From contig CALBIL010000058.1 in the NCBI GenBank assembly GCA_937892945.1, positions 27,961 through 91,960 on the forward strand: 64,000 nucleotides of DNA, written 5' to 3'. Numbering within the stretch: position 1 is the stretch's first letter; each line of letters starts with the position of its first letter. Origin of the DNA: an uncultured euryarchaeote (GTDB taxonomy: Archaea > Thermoplasmatota > Poseidoniia > Poseidoniales > Poseidoniaceae). The notes under the pieces were generated by a model that saw nothing but the letters and a program-made list of their open reading frames with translations, searched no databases and had not been told where the DNA came from. The position numbers and the translations under genes were made by a program. Positions 9,048 through 18,397 of the stretch are shown piece after piece.

Positions 9048-10016
9048 GTGGTTGCGCAGCTTTCTCAAAGCACCTTACTCGCTTGGTATGCTGAATCAAA
9101 ACGTGATTTGCCTTGGCGTCACACCACTGATGGTTGGCAGATTCTTCTCTCCGAGATCTTACTTCAGCAAACTCAAGTCAGTCGTGGAATCGGCTATTGG
9201 CTGAAATTGGTCGAACGCTTTCCAACCCCACAATCGATGGCAGAGGCAGAGGTCGATGAAGTTCTCTTCCTCTGGCAAGGTGCAGGATACTACAGCCGTG
9301 CACGACGACTGCATGCATTGGCACGTCAGGTTTGTCTTCCTTCAAGCGAAGGGGGCTACGATGGCGTGTTGCCGACAACTTCTGCACACCTTCTCCAGTT
9401 GCCAGGGATTGGCCCTTACACCGCAGCCGCCGTTGCCAGTATTGCGTATGGAGAACCGGTTGCCTGTGTCGATGGTAACATCCGCCGAGTCATGGCCCGT
9501 CAAGCGAAATCAGCAAATCCTTCGGTAAAGGAAGTTGAACAATGGGCGAACAGGAACCTGTTCCATTCTGATGCAGGAGATTGGAATCAGGCTCTGATGG
9601 AACTGGGTGCAACAGTGTGCACACCCAAGCAACCGAAGTGTGACGGTTGCCCGATTGCCCCCAGTTGTTCCGGACAACTCGATGCCACTGCCTATCCTGA
9701 ACCCAAAAAAATCAAGCGGAAACGGCTTGACCTCATGTGTGAACTCAGGTACGATTCTTCCGGCCTTCCATTCCTCGTTCAACGGGGGGAGGATGGGATT
9801 CTTGCTGGACTTTGGGGGCCACATATGGAGGAAGAACTTGATGTTGAGTCATTGATCTTCATTGGTGAGGTGAAGCATGTTCTCTCTCACCGAGATATTT
9901 TTGTTCAAGTTTGGCTTGGTATCTGCCGACAAGGAATGGACCCATCAACCGTAGCAGTTTCTGCATTAGACCGAAAAATACTCGCACTCGGAGACCGACA
10001 AGGGTATCGAAGTTGA
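9048..10016 (+). CDS. mutY: A/G-specific adenine DNA glycosylase MutY.
   Basis: Motifs seen are LLAWYAESKRDLPWR, ILLSEILLQQTQV, YYSRARRLH, the HhH motif LPGIGPYTAAAVASIAYG and the 4Fe-4S loop CTPKQPKCDGCPIAPSC. A C-terminal MutT-like domain carries GLWGP. The GTG start is preceded by GAGGTGG 4 nt upstream. Confidence 0.9.
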   Translation: MVAQLSQSTLLAWYAESKRDLPWRHTTDGWQILLSEILLQQTQVSRGIGYWLKLVERFPTPQSMAEAEVDEVLFLWQGAGYYSRARRLHALARQVCLPSSEGGYDGVLPTTSAHLLQLPGIGPYTAAAVASIAYGEPVACVDGNIRRVMARQAKSANPSVKEVEQWANRNLFHSDAGDWNQALMELGATVCTPKQPKCDGCPIAPSCSGQLDATAYPEPKKIKRKRLDLMCELRYDSSGLPFLVQRGEDGILAGLWGPHMEEELDVESLIFIGEVKHVLSHRDIFVQVWLGICRQGMDPSTVAVSALDRKILALGDRQGYRS

Positions 10017-10024
10017 AAGATTGA

Positions 10025-10747
10025 TCACTCATTTGATTGAATACGGTTCTTTGCTTTCAAGTCAGGTTCGAATGCAGCAAGGGTAAGAACCAACCCGAGA
10101 AAGAGAAGATATTCTGCTGGTGCAGCATAATTAATCGCCGTTTGAATCAAATCAAGCAACCCCACCAAAGAATCCCCATTGCTCAATTCTTTTTGATGCG
10201 AGCCAATGTATATGATCAAAATTGCGTTCATGGCAACCAAGCCAAACGCCGCCATTCCTAATCCAATACGGCGAAGTTGTTTGCCAAAGGTTTCTGTCGT
10301 TTGAAAAAGAAGATGAGTCGAATATCCCCACACAAATCCTCCAACAAACACTGTAATTGCGACAACACAATGCAACACAAGTGCATCATACATATTGGCG
10401 AAAGCCAACGCAATAAGGGCAACACCTGTCGTAACTCCTGATGAAAAGGAAATGCGAGTTTGTCTCGTTTTCTCAGCGGATTGGAAAAGATATCGAAAAC
10501 GGTATGCAATCAAGCAAAGAAGTATACCGCTGACGGTTAGTCCAGATGTGAATACCCATCGTTGAAGTCCTGGATAATCTGCTTCTGATATGAAAAAAGG
10601 GAGGGCGCGAGCATCGCCACTTAGAGCGTGAATCAACATCGAGAGTGTAACAGTAAACAGTGGTAAGATCCAACCAATTCGAGCAAGAACATGGTCGACT
10701 ATTTCGAAGCCTGCAATTTCAATACCCTTTTTGCCCTCAAGATTCAT
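10025..10747 (-). CDS. Hypothetical polytopic membrane protein (about 6-7 TM helices).
   Basis: The 240-aa ORF is made of repeated hydrophobic helices. Its start overlaps the stop of the upstream SDR gene by 4 nt (10744-10747), which suggests co-translation. I recognise no family signature. Confidence 0.6.
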   Translation of the reverse strand: MNLEGKKGIEIAGFEIVDHVLARIGWILPLFTVTLSMLIHALSGDARALPFFISEADYPGLQRWVFTSGLTVSGILLCLIAYRFRYLFQSAEKTRQTRISFSSGVTTGVALIALAFANMYDALVLHCVVAITVFVGGFVWGYSTHLLFQTTETFGKQLRRIGLGMAAFGLVAMNAILIIYIGSHQKELSNGDSLVGLLDLIQTAINYAAPAEYLLFLGLVLTLAAFEPDLKAKNRIQSNE

Positions 10748-11775
10748 TCAGAAAAAGCCTCCACAGTGTCTTGAATACAGACCTCAAATGATTCCCATTC
10801 CATGCCCAATACTTCAGTTGCTTTCTTTGAGGAGAGATTCGCATCTCCTTTGAAGTACCCTTTAACGGCTTTCCGAGTCATACGCCGTTCAGCTCCAAAC
10901 ATGCCCATGAGCCAATCTTGGAACACGACAATGAACATCAATGAACGAGGAATCGCATTCCGTGGTGATTTTGTTTCAGGGAATTGTTCACGAATTGTTC
11001 TGCACACATCTGCGATGGTTTTGTTTTTGTGAGGCGCTACAATGAATCGACCTTCTGCTTCATCGACTTCGAAGGCTCGACGATGAGCTCGTGCAACATC
11101 TCGAACATGAACGATTGGAAGTGGAATTTTTGGAGCAAGTGGGAATTTACCTTGCATGGCATCAGGGAAATAATCAACACTCGGTGTTGGTTTGGCAAAG
11201 CCGCCTCCAAGAACTGCACCTGGATTAATGACGCGTAAATCGAGGCCGTGCTTTTTCGCTAATTCCCATGCGAGTCTTTCCGATTCGGTCTTGGCTACCG
11301 TATAGGGCGATGAGCGTAGAGTCTGCCAATCCTCTTCGGTTTTTTCACGGCCTTTGGGAAGTGACCCGACCGCTGCAACGCTGGAGGTGAAAACCACTCG
11401 TGGAATTTTCGCTTCTTTGGCTGCTGTAAGCAAATGCGTCGTACCTTTATTGGCTGTATCGATAATGATTTGAGCATTCTTCGAATTTGAATAAACCGTT
11501 GCTGTGTGGAACAATGCGTCGCAACCAGACAACTTCTCACTCCATCCATCGGCATCCAATACGTCACCTTCTACCAATTTGAGTCGAGATGTGCATTCCA
11601 AATCAATCGCATGTTGACGGACATGGTCCACTTTGAGCGGGTCGGAAAGGCTTCGAACTGAGCCAATGACGTTGTAGCCATGCTCAAGTAGGTCTCGGAC
11701 GATGTGATTGCCAATGTGGCCGTTGACGCCGGTGACAAAAATAGTCTTTGAATTGCCCTTATCGTCTTCTTTCAT
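10744..11775 (-). CDS. NAD(P)-dependent epimerase/dehydratase-family reductase (extended SDR, resembling aldehyde or dihydroflavonol reductases).
   Basis: It has the Rossmann motif IFVTGVNGHIGNHIVRDLL and the catalytic YxxxK motif (YTVAKTESE). Length is 343 aa. Confidence 0.8.
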   Translation of the reverse strand: MKEDDKGNSKTIFVTGVNGHIGNHIVRDLLEHGYNVIGSVRSLSDPLKVDHVRQHAIDLECTSRLKLVEGDVLDADGWSEKLSGCDALFHTATVYSNSKNAQIIIDTANKGTTHLLTAAKEAKIPRVVFTSSVAAVGSLPKGREKTEEDWQTLRSSPYTVAKTESERLAWELAKKHGLDLRVINPGAVLGGGFAKPTPSVDYFPDAMQGKFPLAPKIPLPIVHVRDVARAHRRAFEVDEAEGRFIVAPHKNKTIADVCRTIREQFPETKSPRNAIPRSLMFIVVFQDWLMGMFGAERRMTRKAVKGYFKGDANLSSKKATEVLGMEWESFEVCIQDTVEAFSE

Positions 11776-11841
11776 GCTATCCCCACATGGTAATGTGTCT
11801 TAACCTTCAAGTGAGGCTGTTCACACCACTGGTTGAATCCC

Positions 11842-13332
11842 ATGCCCATTCGACTGCACGACACGCGAAGGAGAGACAAAGTCGAATTTACGACGATGGA
11901 ACCGGGGAAAGTGTCGATGTATGTCTGTGGTGTAACTGTTTATGACCGCTGTCATTTAGGGCATGCTCGTTGTTATCTCGCATTCGATTTGATTCATCGC
12001 TGGCTTGAAGTCTCGGGTTTTGATGTTCATTATGTTCAAAACTTTACCGATATTGATGACAAAATCATTCAACGTGCAAACGAGTTAGGTGGCGATTGGA
12101 AAAAGTTGGTTGATGATAACATTGCCACGTATTATGAAGATATGGATGCGCTCAATATTCTTCGAGCAGATGATTATCCACGATGTACCGATTACGTCGA
12201 TGACATGATCAGAATCACTCAGGACCTTATTGACAAAGGTCATGCATACCAAACCGATGAAGGCGTCTATTTCCATATTGACTCAGCACCTGAAAAATAC
12301 GGTGCACTTACCGGGCAAAACATCGAAGCAGTTCGCTCAGGAGCAGGAGGTCGAGTTGGTGCTACAGGTTCAGCAAAGAAAGACCACAAGGACTTCGCAC
12401 TCTGGAAAGCAGCCAAACCTGGAGAGCCAACTTGGGATTCTCCTTGGGGCCCAGGACGCCCAGGCTGGCACATCGAATGTACCGCTATGTCGATGGATTA
12501 CTTCGGTGCTCAATTTGATATACACGGTGGGGGGCATGATTTGCGATTCCCTCATCACGAAGCAGAAATCTTCCAAGGTGAATGCCACACAGGATGCAGT
12601 CCTGTTGTTCATCATTGGTTGCACAATGGTTTTGTCAACATCGATGGCGAGAAAATGAGTAAATCTCTTGGAAACTTTTGGACGATTCGAGATATTCTTG
12701 AAAAAGTCGACGCGATGGTTCTCCGTTTCTCGCTGATTAATGCTCATTACCGTTCACCAATTGACATGAACGAAACGATTCTGAAAGATGCAGAACGAAA
12801 TTACAACCGTCTGCTTGAAAACTATGTTCGGGCTTTGAAAATATCAATCGCAGAGATCACCCCTGTAGATTTGCCAAAAGCCGACATCACCAGCCAACAA
12901 CCTCTTTCACGCACTTTAGGAATGCTGGAGAAAATGGCGGAAGGTTTTGCACGAGCAATGGATGATGATTTCAACAGCCGTGAAGCCATCGCCAAGGTCT
13001 TAGGAGCAGTTCGGGAAATCAGTAAAACACTCGACAGCGATTTGGACCAAGCCGATAGCCATGCTTTTGCACGCTATGCGGTTGAATGGCTTGAAGAAAC
13101 GGCTGGAGCAGTTCTTGGTGTTCTTCCATCACGTGAAATGGCTCTGGCAGAACCTGAAGAAGACCCACGTCGTGCTGAAGTAGCTGAGGAAGTGGAATTG
13201 CTCTTAGTGGCTCGAAGTGAGGCGCGTACAACCAAAGATTGGGCAAAGGCTGATGAAATACGTGACCAGCTCAAAGCGATGGGAGTTGTTGTCAAAGATA
13301 CGCCCGATGGACCTTCATGGTCCCTCGAATGA
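11842..13332 (+). CDS. cysS: Cysteinyl-tRNA synthetase.
   Basis: The HIGH region is MYVCGVTVYDRCHLGHAR and the KMSKS motif is GEKMSKSLGN. The zinc/Cys-binding region WHIECTAM is present. The track start at 11833 is TTG; the first ATG is at 11842 (MPIRLHDT). Confidence 0.95.
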   Translation: MPIRLHDTRRRDKVEFTTMEPGKVSMYVCGVTVYDRCHLGHARCYLAFDLIHRWLEVSGFDVHYVQNFTDIDDKIIQRANELGGDWKKLVDDNIATYYEDMDALNILRADDYPRCTDYVDDMIRITQDLIDKGHAYQTDEGVYFHIDSAPEKYGALTGQNIEAVRSGAGGRVGATGSAKKDHKDFALWKAAKPGEPTWDSPWGPGRPGWHIECTAMSMDYFGAQFDIHGGGHDLRFPHHEAEIFQGECHTGCSPVVHHWLHNGFVNIDGEKMSKSLGNFWTIRDILEKVDAMVLRFSLINAHYRSPIDMNETILKDAERNYNRLLENYVRALKISIAEITPVDLPKADITSQQPLSRTLGMLEKMAEGFARAMDDDFNSREAIAKVLGAVREISKTLDSDLDQADSHAFARYAVEWLEETAGAVLGVLPSREMALAEPEEDPRRAEVAEEVELLLVARSEARTTKDWAKADEIRDQLKAMGVVVKDTPDGPSWSLE

Positions 13333-13333
13333 A

Positions 13334-16060
13334 TCACTCTTCTTCATCTGAAGTTGGTGGACTCATTTTCATTGGAGGTGGAGCGGGAATAAATCCTACT
13401 TCTTTTTCGTTCAAGAGTGTAGCCCCTTCCAATGCGTTATCGTCCCACATCTTTTGAATCTGTACATCGTCGATCAATCCTTCGTGATTCAAATTCAGTC
13501 CATCGCCTCGACCCCGTGAGGCAAACACCAACCCTGCAGCAATCACGATAAGAGTGCCAACGAGTAGGTACTTGACGCTGTTTTCCGTAGAGTCAGAAGA
13601 AGTCGAATCTGTGTCGGTTGCTCCTTGGTCTTGAGTGATACATGCTTCAGAAGTATCACCTTCTGGACATTCAACATCCGTATCGCCGGTTGTGTCGGTG
13701 TCGCCGATTGTATCGGTGCCGCCGGTTGTATCAGTGTCGCCAGTCGTATCTGTTCCATCGGTGTTGTCTGTATCTCCAGTATTGTCTGAGCCAGAGTTTC
13801 CGGTCGTTCCATCGTCAATGCCCAAGTTGACGTTTACGCCGGTTCGGTCACCATCAGCATCCATCGGGATGTCGTAGTATGCATAGAGTTTGGAAAGGTC
13901 GATGTGCGTATTGGCCCACGCAGAACGGTTGATGACATCGAAATAGCGATCATCACCAGTGGTGAAGATTGGGTCGACGGTTATGTTTCTGAGTTGTGAG
14001 ACTCCAGTGTTAGCAGAATTTTTCCCGTCGAATTCAGTGTTCAGGTACGATTGAACCTCTGCATCTGTATTCCATGCCACACCTTCTGGTGCGGTCCAGT
14101 GTTCACGGATCTCGGAGACATCGTTTCGCATAGCCATGGCCATACCAGCTTCTATCTCAGCCCAAGTTTGTGAACCATCGTTCACAGTCGTGGAAGTAAT
14201 GTCAAGTGCTTTTGAAACACCACCGCCGTTGATTGGTTCCCAGTCATCTCCCTTGAGCGAAGTCATGATGTCTTGGTCACCAAACAGTGCCTTTCCTTGA
14301 ACGAGAGTGAGACGAACATCAGCATCGATAGCCTCAATGAGGTTTCGATATGGGTCGTCGTGGAAGGTATCGATGACCACAAGGTCTGCTACCATTCCAG
14401 TCTTGATTTGCCCGACATAATCTTGCCATTCTGCAGCGGCTGCAGGATTTGATGTGACCATTTCCACCATTTGATAATTGGTGAAATACGAGTCCATGAC
14501 TTCGCTGTTCCAGAGGTCTGCAACCTTCAGTTCGTGCAGACTGTTCTTGGAACCACTTGGGCCCCAATCAGGTGCTAAAGAAATTTTGATACCTGCTTTG
14601 TCAGCCGCACGTACATCTGTTGTGTTGCCGTATAACAGGAGGTTGGAGAGTGGTGACCACACCAACTTTGAGCCAACAGCACCCATGGATTGGAATTGTG
14701 ATGGCGTGAGTGCAGTTCCGTGAATTACGACAGTAGGTTCAGCGAGGAGACCCTTGCTGTTGAGCAAATCGAACTCATCTCTACTGGTTTGGTCGACACC
14801 TTCTGACATGTGAATAAACCATGCTTCAATGTCACCATCGTTGAAATCAGAAATCTTGCCAGCGGAGTTGTAACCCGATTCATACCAACTGCATACAGCG
14901 CATGTAACGATATTGTCCTTTCCAAAGTTCCACAACTCGACGTTTCGTGAGAGTGAACTATCCCATGCATCATTGCCGGAAGGTGAACCTTGAACTGCAG
15001 TAACGCCACCAGCTATTGCTTGAACTTCTGCATATTTCATTTGTTCAGTTGCCATGCCCCATCGGCTGTTTTGTTGGACATTGTTTTTCATCCAAGTGAT
15101 GCTTGGTCCGTAATCGTAGTTGCCACCCCATTGACCACGATTTGAGTAGCCACCTTCGTCTGACTTTTGATCATCGTAGACATGGACTTCGAAATCCCAC
15201 AATGGGATGTGGTTGTAGTGCATATGATTGTGCAAATCGATCAAGCCGGGGTAAATTGTCCCGTTGGTTTCAATGACTGGAGCATTTGTCAAATCTGCTG
15301 TAAGTGGTACTGAGGAACTCGATGACCAAACGGCATCAATCTTACCGTCTCGGACCAACACATTACCCTGGTTCATGACACTGTTCTCGTTCTCCATAGT
15401 AACGACTCGGCCCTTGAGAATGAATGCGTCTGATGAGGAGGTATCTGCGACTTTGTAGCACTTGACCATGTTAAGAGCGACGCTTGAATCCGGGTCGTTT
15501 GGACCCCAGCCAGGTGTCGGAGTCACTTCGATTAAACTTCCAGAGGAATTCTCAACGATGGAGTTGCCATAAAATGCGAACTGTTCAGGAATGAGCATTG
15601 TATCTGCGACTGCATTCGAAGTATCCGTTATTGAGATCGTCTCACCGTCAAAGTAACTCATATAAATGTCGGAATCTGCGCCGAAGATCACAATACGGTC
15701 TCCAGCATCGATAACTGTGTTCCAAGCCAGTTGGCAAGGAGGGCTACCCGAAGTAACACTAAGTTTCCAATTAGATACGTTGACTGGGAATGAACCCGTA
15801 TTCCATAATTCGATAAATTGGTCTGAATATTTACTGAATTCACCGTCGTTATTCCAATCCACTGCGCCGTAGATGTTGGTTGATGTTGCGTTGGATACCA
15901 GGCCGTTCGGACTGATGAATACTTCCGAGACTTCAATGTCCGAATCACGGGCACTGACTTCGAAGATGTCACTCATTTCATGAGGTGCTGGAGACGATGG
16001 TACAAAGGGGGCGAGAAAAAGAATCAGCACGAGAATGGTCGTCAGTCTGTCGAGGCGCAT
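13334..16060 (-). CDS. Surface-anchored metal-dependent amidohydrolase with an N-terminal lamin-tail domain (LTD), a Thr/Asp/Gly-rich stalk, a TM anchor and a cytoplasmic tail.
   Basis: The LTD-like stretch is ISPNG...DWNNDGEF...DQFIELWNTGSFPVNVSNWKL. The amidohydrolase metal motif is PGLIDLHNHMHYNH, with a later HGT and LAPDWGPSGS. The stalk is GDTDNTDGTDTTGDTDTTGGTDTIGDTDTTGDTD and the TM segment is YLLVGTLIVIAAGLVFAS. I moved the start to ATG 16060 (MRLDRLTTILVLILFLAPF, a signal peptide) because the 16171 start overlaps the thioredoxin gene. Confidence 0.8.
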   Translation of the reverse strand: MRLDRLTTILVLILFLAPFVPSSPAPHEMSDIFEVSARDSDIEVSEVFISPNGLVSNATSTNIYGAVDWNNDGEFSKYSDQFIELWNTGSFPVNVSNWKLSVTSGSPPCQLAWNTVIDAGDRIVIFGADSDIYMSYFDGETISITDTSNAVADTMLIPEQFAFYGNSIVENSSGSLIEVTPTPGWGPNDPDSSVALNMVKCYKVADTSSSDAFILKGRVVTMENENSVMNQGNVLVRDGKIDAVWSSSSSVPLTADLTNAPVIETNGTIYPGLIDLHNHMHYNHIPLWDFEVHVYDDQKSDEGGYSNRGQWGGNYDYGPSITWMKNNVQQNSRWGMATEQMKYAEVQAIAGGVTAVQGSPSGNDAWDSSLSRNVELWNFGKDNIVTCAVCSWYESGYNSAGKISDFNDGDIEAWFIHMSEGVDQTSRDEFDLLNSKGLLAEPTVVIHGTALTPSQFQSMGAVGSKLVWSPLSNLLLYGNTTDVRAADKAGIKISLAPDWGPSGSKNSLHELKVADLWNSEVMDSYFTNYQMVEMVTSNPAAAAEWQDYVGQIKTGMVADLVVIDTFHDDPYRNLIEAIDADVRLTLVQGKALFGDQDIMTSLKGDDWEPINGGGVSKALDITSTTVNDGSQTWAEIEAGMAMAMRNDVSEIREHWTAPEGVAWNTDAEVQSYLNTEFDGKNSANTGVSQLRNITVDPIFTTGDDRYFDVINRSAWANTHIDLSKLYAYYDIPMDADGDRTGVNVNLGIDDGTTGNSGSDNTGDTDNTDGTDTTGDTDTTGGTDTIGDTDTTGDTDVECPEGDTSEACITQDQGATDTDSTSSDSTENSVKYLLVGTLIVIAAGLVFASRGRGDGLNLNHEGLIDDVQIQKMWDDNALEGATLLNEKEVGFIPAPPPMKMSPPTSDEEE
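13676..13800 (-). repeat. Imperfect 18-nt (6-codon) tandem repeats encoding the (G-D/T-T-D-T-T)n stalk.
   Basis: The plus strand shows recurring gtatcggtgtcgcc / gtatcggtgccgcc / gtatcagtgtcgcc units. They are in frame and encode the TD-rich linker between the catalytic domain and the TM anchor. Confidence 0.6.
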
Positions 16061-16150
16061 GATGTGGCCTTTAGCGGTGAGCACATGAACTCGTCGCTTT
16101 GGCAACCTCGAACGGACATGTTGAAGTATCGCCGATTTTGAAACGTCATC

Positions 16151-16531
16151 ATGGCCTCCGTAGAGATTCATGAACCCGAGTTTTCCGACATTATCGATAA
16201 CAATTCAATCGTGCTCCTTGACTTTTGGGCCGAGTGGTGTGGGCCATGCAAAGCCTACGGGCCGGTATATGAACGAGTTTCAGAAGAATTCCCAGATGTG
16301 GTCTTTGGAAAAATCGATACCGAAGCAGAACCTATGTTAGCCAAATCTTTCAATGTACGCTCGATTCCTACGACTGTTGCATTCAAAGATGGCATCGGTG
16401 TTTTCATGCAGCCTGGTGCACTCCCTGAAGATGCGCTCCGGGATTTAGTTGCGAAACTTACAGAATTAGATATGGATGAAGTTCGAGCCGAAATGGAAAC
16501 CCAAAAAGCGGCTCAAGAAGAGAATGAATGA
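16151..16531 (+). CDS. trxA: Thioredoxin.
   Basis: It has the active site FWAEWCGPCK and the conserved SIPT motif, plus a short acidic C-terminal extension. Confidence 0.9.
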   Translation: MASVEIHEPEFSDIIDNNSIVLLDFWAEWCGPCKAYGPVYERVSEEFPDVVFGKIDTEAEPMLAKSFNVRSIPTTVAFKDGIGVFMQPGALPEDALRDLVAKLTELDMDEVRAEMETQKAAQEENE

Positions 16532-16591
16532 AATTTGGCGTCTGACCAAACAGCCGGTGTGTTCAAAAAACACCTGCGTCCCCCTGTGTAC

Positions 16592-18397
16592 ATGAACTTC
16601 AAGCCGTGGCTCATTTTATTCGTCATGATGACCACCAGTTTATCTGGATGTTTCGGTGAACAAAAGATAGATGACGGCGGTGAGACTGCTCCATATGACT
16701 TCTATCCTGAACCTTGGGACCGCACTGAAATGCAATATGTAGACTCCGATATTTACTCTCGAGTGTCCGTCAACGGCAGTTATGGCATCGATACTGTTCA
16801 ATCAATATTTGTCCCTGTACCTTCCATCACCGCTGCCGACGGTGGTTCTGGTGTTACGGGTGATGCTCAAGTCCATCTTGGATTATGGCTTCCAGTGATT
16901 GAAGGATGTGATTGGACATCTGCAAACCTTTCTGCTGAATGTCAAGTTCCAGTGATTGCAGAAGTTGGTCCGTACTACAACGATGGAGATGTCGACGCGC
17001 TTACACCAGCAGACCGACTTGGTAAGTTCTTGATTGAAAACTATGTTCCACATGGCTACGGTGTTGCTCAAGTTTCAGTTTTTGGAACCGGTGATTCAAA
17101 CCACTGTATGGACTTGATGGGTACAGATGAGCAACGTGGTATTGATGCCGCTGTTACTTGGCTTGGTACTCAAGCATGGTCCAATGGCAATGTTGGAATG
17201 ATTGGAAAATCATACGACGGCTCAACTCCATGGCAAGCAGCTACTTTTGGTAACCCTCATCTGGCTACGATTGTCCCAATGTCGGGATTGATTGGCGTGC
17301 ATGAACTGATGTGGAGAAACGGAAGTATGGAAGCACGTGGCATGATTATGCATAACGGTGTCTATGGCTCCTTCGGAATCGATGGAGATGCTGAAGATCC
17401 TGAAAATGTGTGTGAAGGATACCTCGAAGGCTACGTCAATGGACCTGCTGCCTATCTCTCTGGAGGAATGGTCGATTATGCAGGAAACTCCTACTGGACT
17501 GAGCGTTCTTTCCTCGACCGTGTGGTCGAGAATTACAATGGCTCAGTGTACATTATTCAAGGTATGCAAGATTGGAATGTGGACCCTCACATGGCCTTCC
17601 CTACTCATCAAATTGTTGAGGCAGCAGGAATTGAAACGAAGACACTTGCCGGCCAATGGAATCATAATTACCCTGACCGTCAAGACCACTCGGCTTTACC
17701 TGTTGGTGAAGGCGCCGAAGCATTCCCTTACACTCAACGCTGGGATTGGGCAGATGAGATGCTCTACTGGTTCGATTGGTATCTCAAAGGCGAAGGCCGA
17801 GCACCAACACTTGGCGTAGAAATGCAAGACAATCGTGGTGGCTGGAGATTTGAAACAACTTATCCTGCTGAAGATACCTTTTACATGGAAATTGGAGCTG
17901 CTGACATGAACCCAAGCGGTGCTTCCATGGTGACGACAACCGAGACAATTACGCTCTCCTATGGACCCTTTGAAGAAGACGTCTATATCGCAGGAATGCC
18001 GACCTTCCACATCCCAATTACGACACATACAGCCAACGGTGCTCACGCTTACTTGGAAATGACTGATGAGTCAGGGATGCGCTTGGGCCATGCGGTTATG
18101 GATTTCCGATTTGCTGACGGAGGCCGTGACGGAAACCTAGCCTTAGTGGCCTTTGATTCGGTGACTGGTAAAATGGAATTCATGCCAATGGATATTTTCT
18201 TGGAAGCTGGAGAATCAATTTTCATCACAATGTCACAAACAGGGCAAGACTATGTTCCATCTCCTGCAGCAACTGGTGGCTATTCGATCAATTGGGCTGG
18301 TGCAACACTCACTCTTCCTTTAGTGAATCGTACATGTGCCGATTTGTTCCAAGCACCAATGCATGACTACGGTGCAGAATCTGGTCGAATGTGTTAA
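16592..18397 (+). CDS. Secreted CocE/NonD-family hydrolase (peptidase S15, resembling Xaa-Pro dipeptidyl-peptidase), lipobox-type signal.
   Basis: The nucleophile elbow is [23 protein letters not shown] and the late [10 protein letters not shown] motif are shared with the paralog at 20445..22403. ATG 16592 gives [20 protein letters not shown]; the track start at 16535 is TTG. Confidence 0.8.
   Translation: MNFKPWLILFVMMTTSLSGCFGEQKIDDGGETAPYDFYPEPWDRTEMQYVDSDIYSRVSVNGSYGIDTVQSIFVPVPSITAADGGSGVTGDAQVHLGLWLPVIEGCDWTSANLSAECQVPVIAEVGPYYNDGDVDALTPADRLGKFLIENYVPHGYGVAQVSVFGTGDSNHCMDLMGTDEQRGIDAAVTWLGTQAWSNGNVGMIGKSYDGSTPWQAATFGNPHLATIVPMSGLIGVHELMWRNGSMEARGMIMHNGVYGSFGIDGDAEDPENVCEGYLEGYVNGPAAYLSGGMVDYAGNSYWTERSFLDRVVENYNGSVYIIQGMQDWNVDPHMAFPTHQIVEAAGIETKTLAGQWNHNYPDRQDHSALPVGEGAEAFPYTQRWDWADEMLYWFDWYLKGEGRAPTLGVEMQDNRGGWRFETTYPAEDTFYMEIGAADMNPSGASMVTTTETITLSYGPFEEDVYIAGMPTFHIPITTHTANGAHAYLEMTDESGMRLGHAVMDFRFADGGRDGNLALVAFDSVTGKMEFMPMDIFLEAGESIFITMSQTGQDYVPSPAATGGYSINWAGATLTLPLVNRTCADLFQAPMHDYGAESGRMC

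Noticed and set aside
13676-13800. Short tandem repeats (the TD-stalk repeats here and the 27-nt repeat at 47823) considered as possible CRISPR or minisatellite loci.
   Set aside because: They lie in frame inside long ORFs, have no unique spacers, and the units are too short and contiguous. They are coding low-complexity repeats.
16061-16171. Longer start (16171) for the LTD-amidohydrolase gene.
   Set aside because: It would overlap the divergent thioredoxin start (16151). It would also place 37 non-hydrophobic residues before an otherwise typical signal peptide that starts at ATG 16060.
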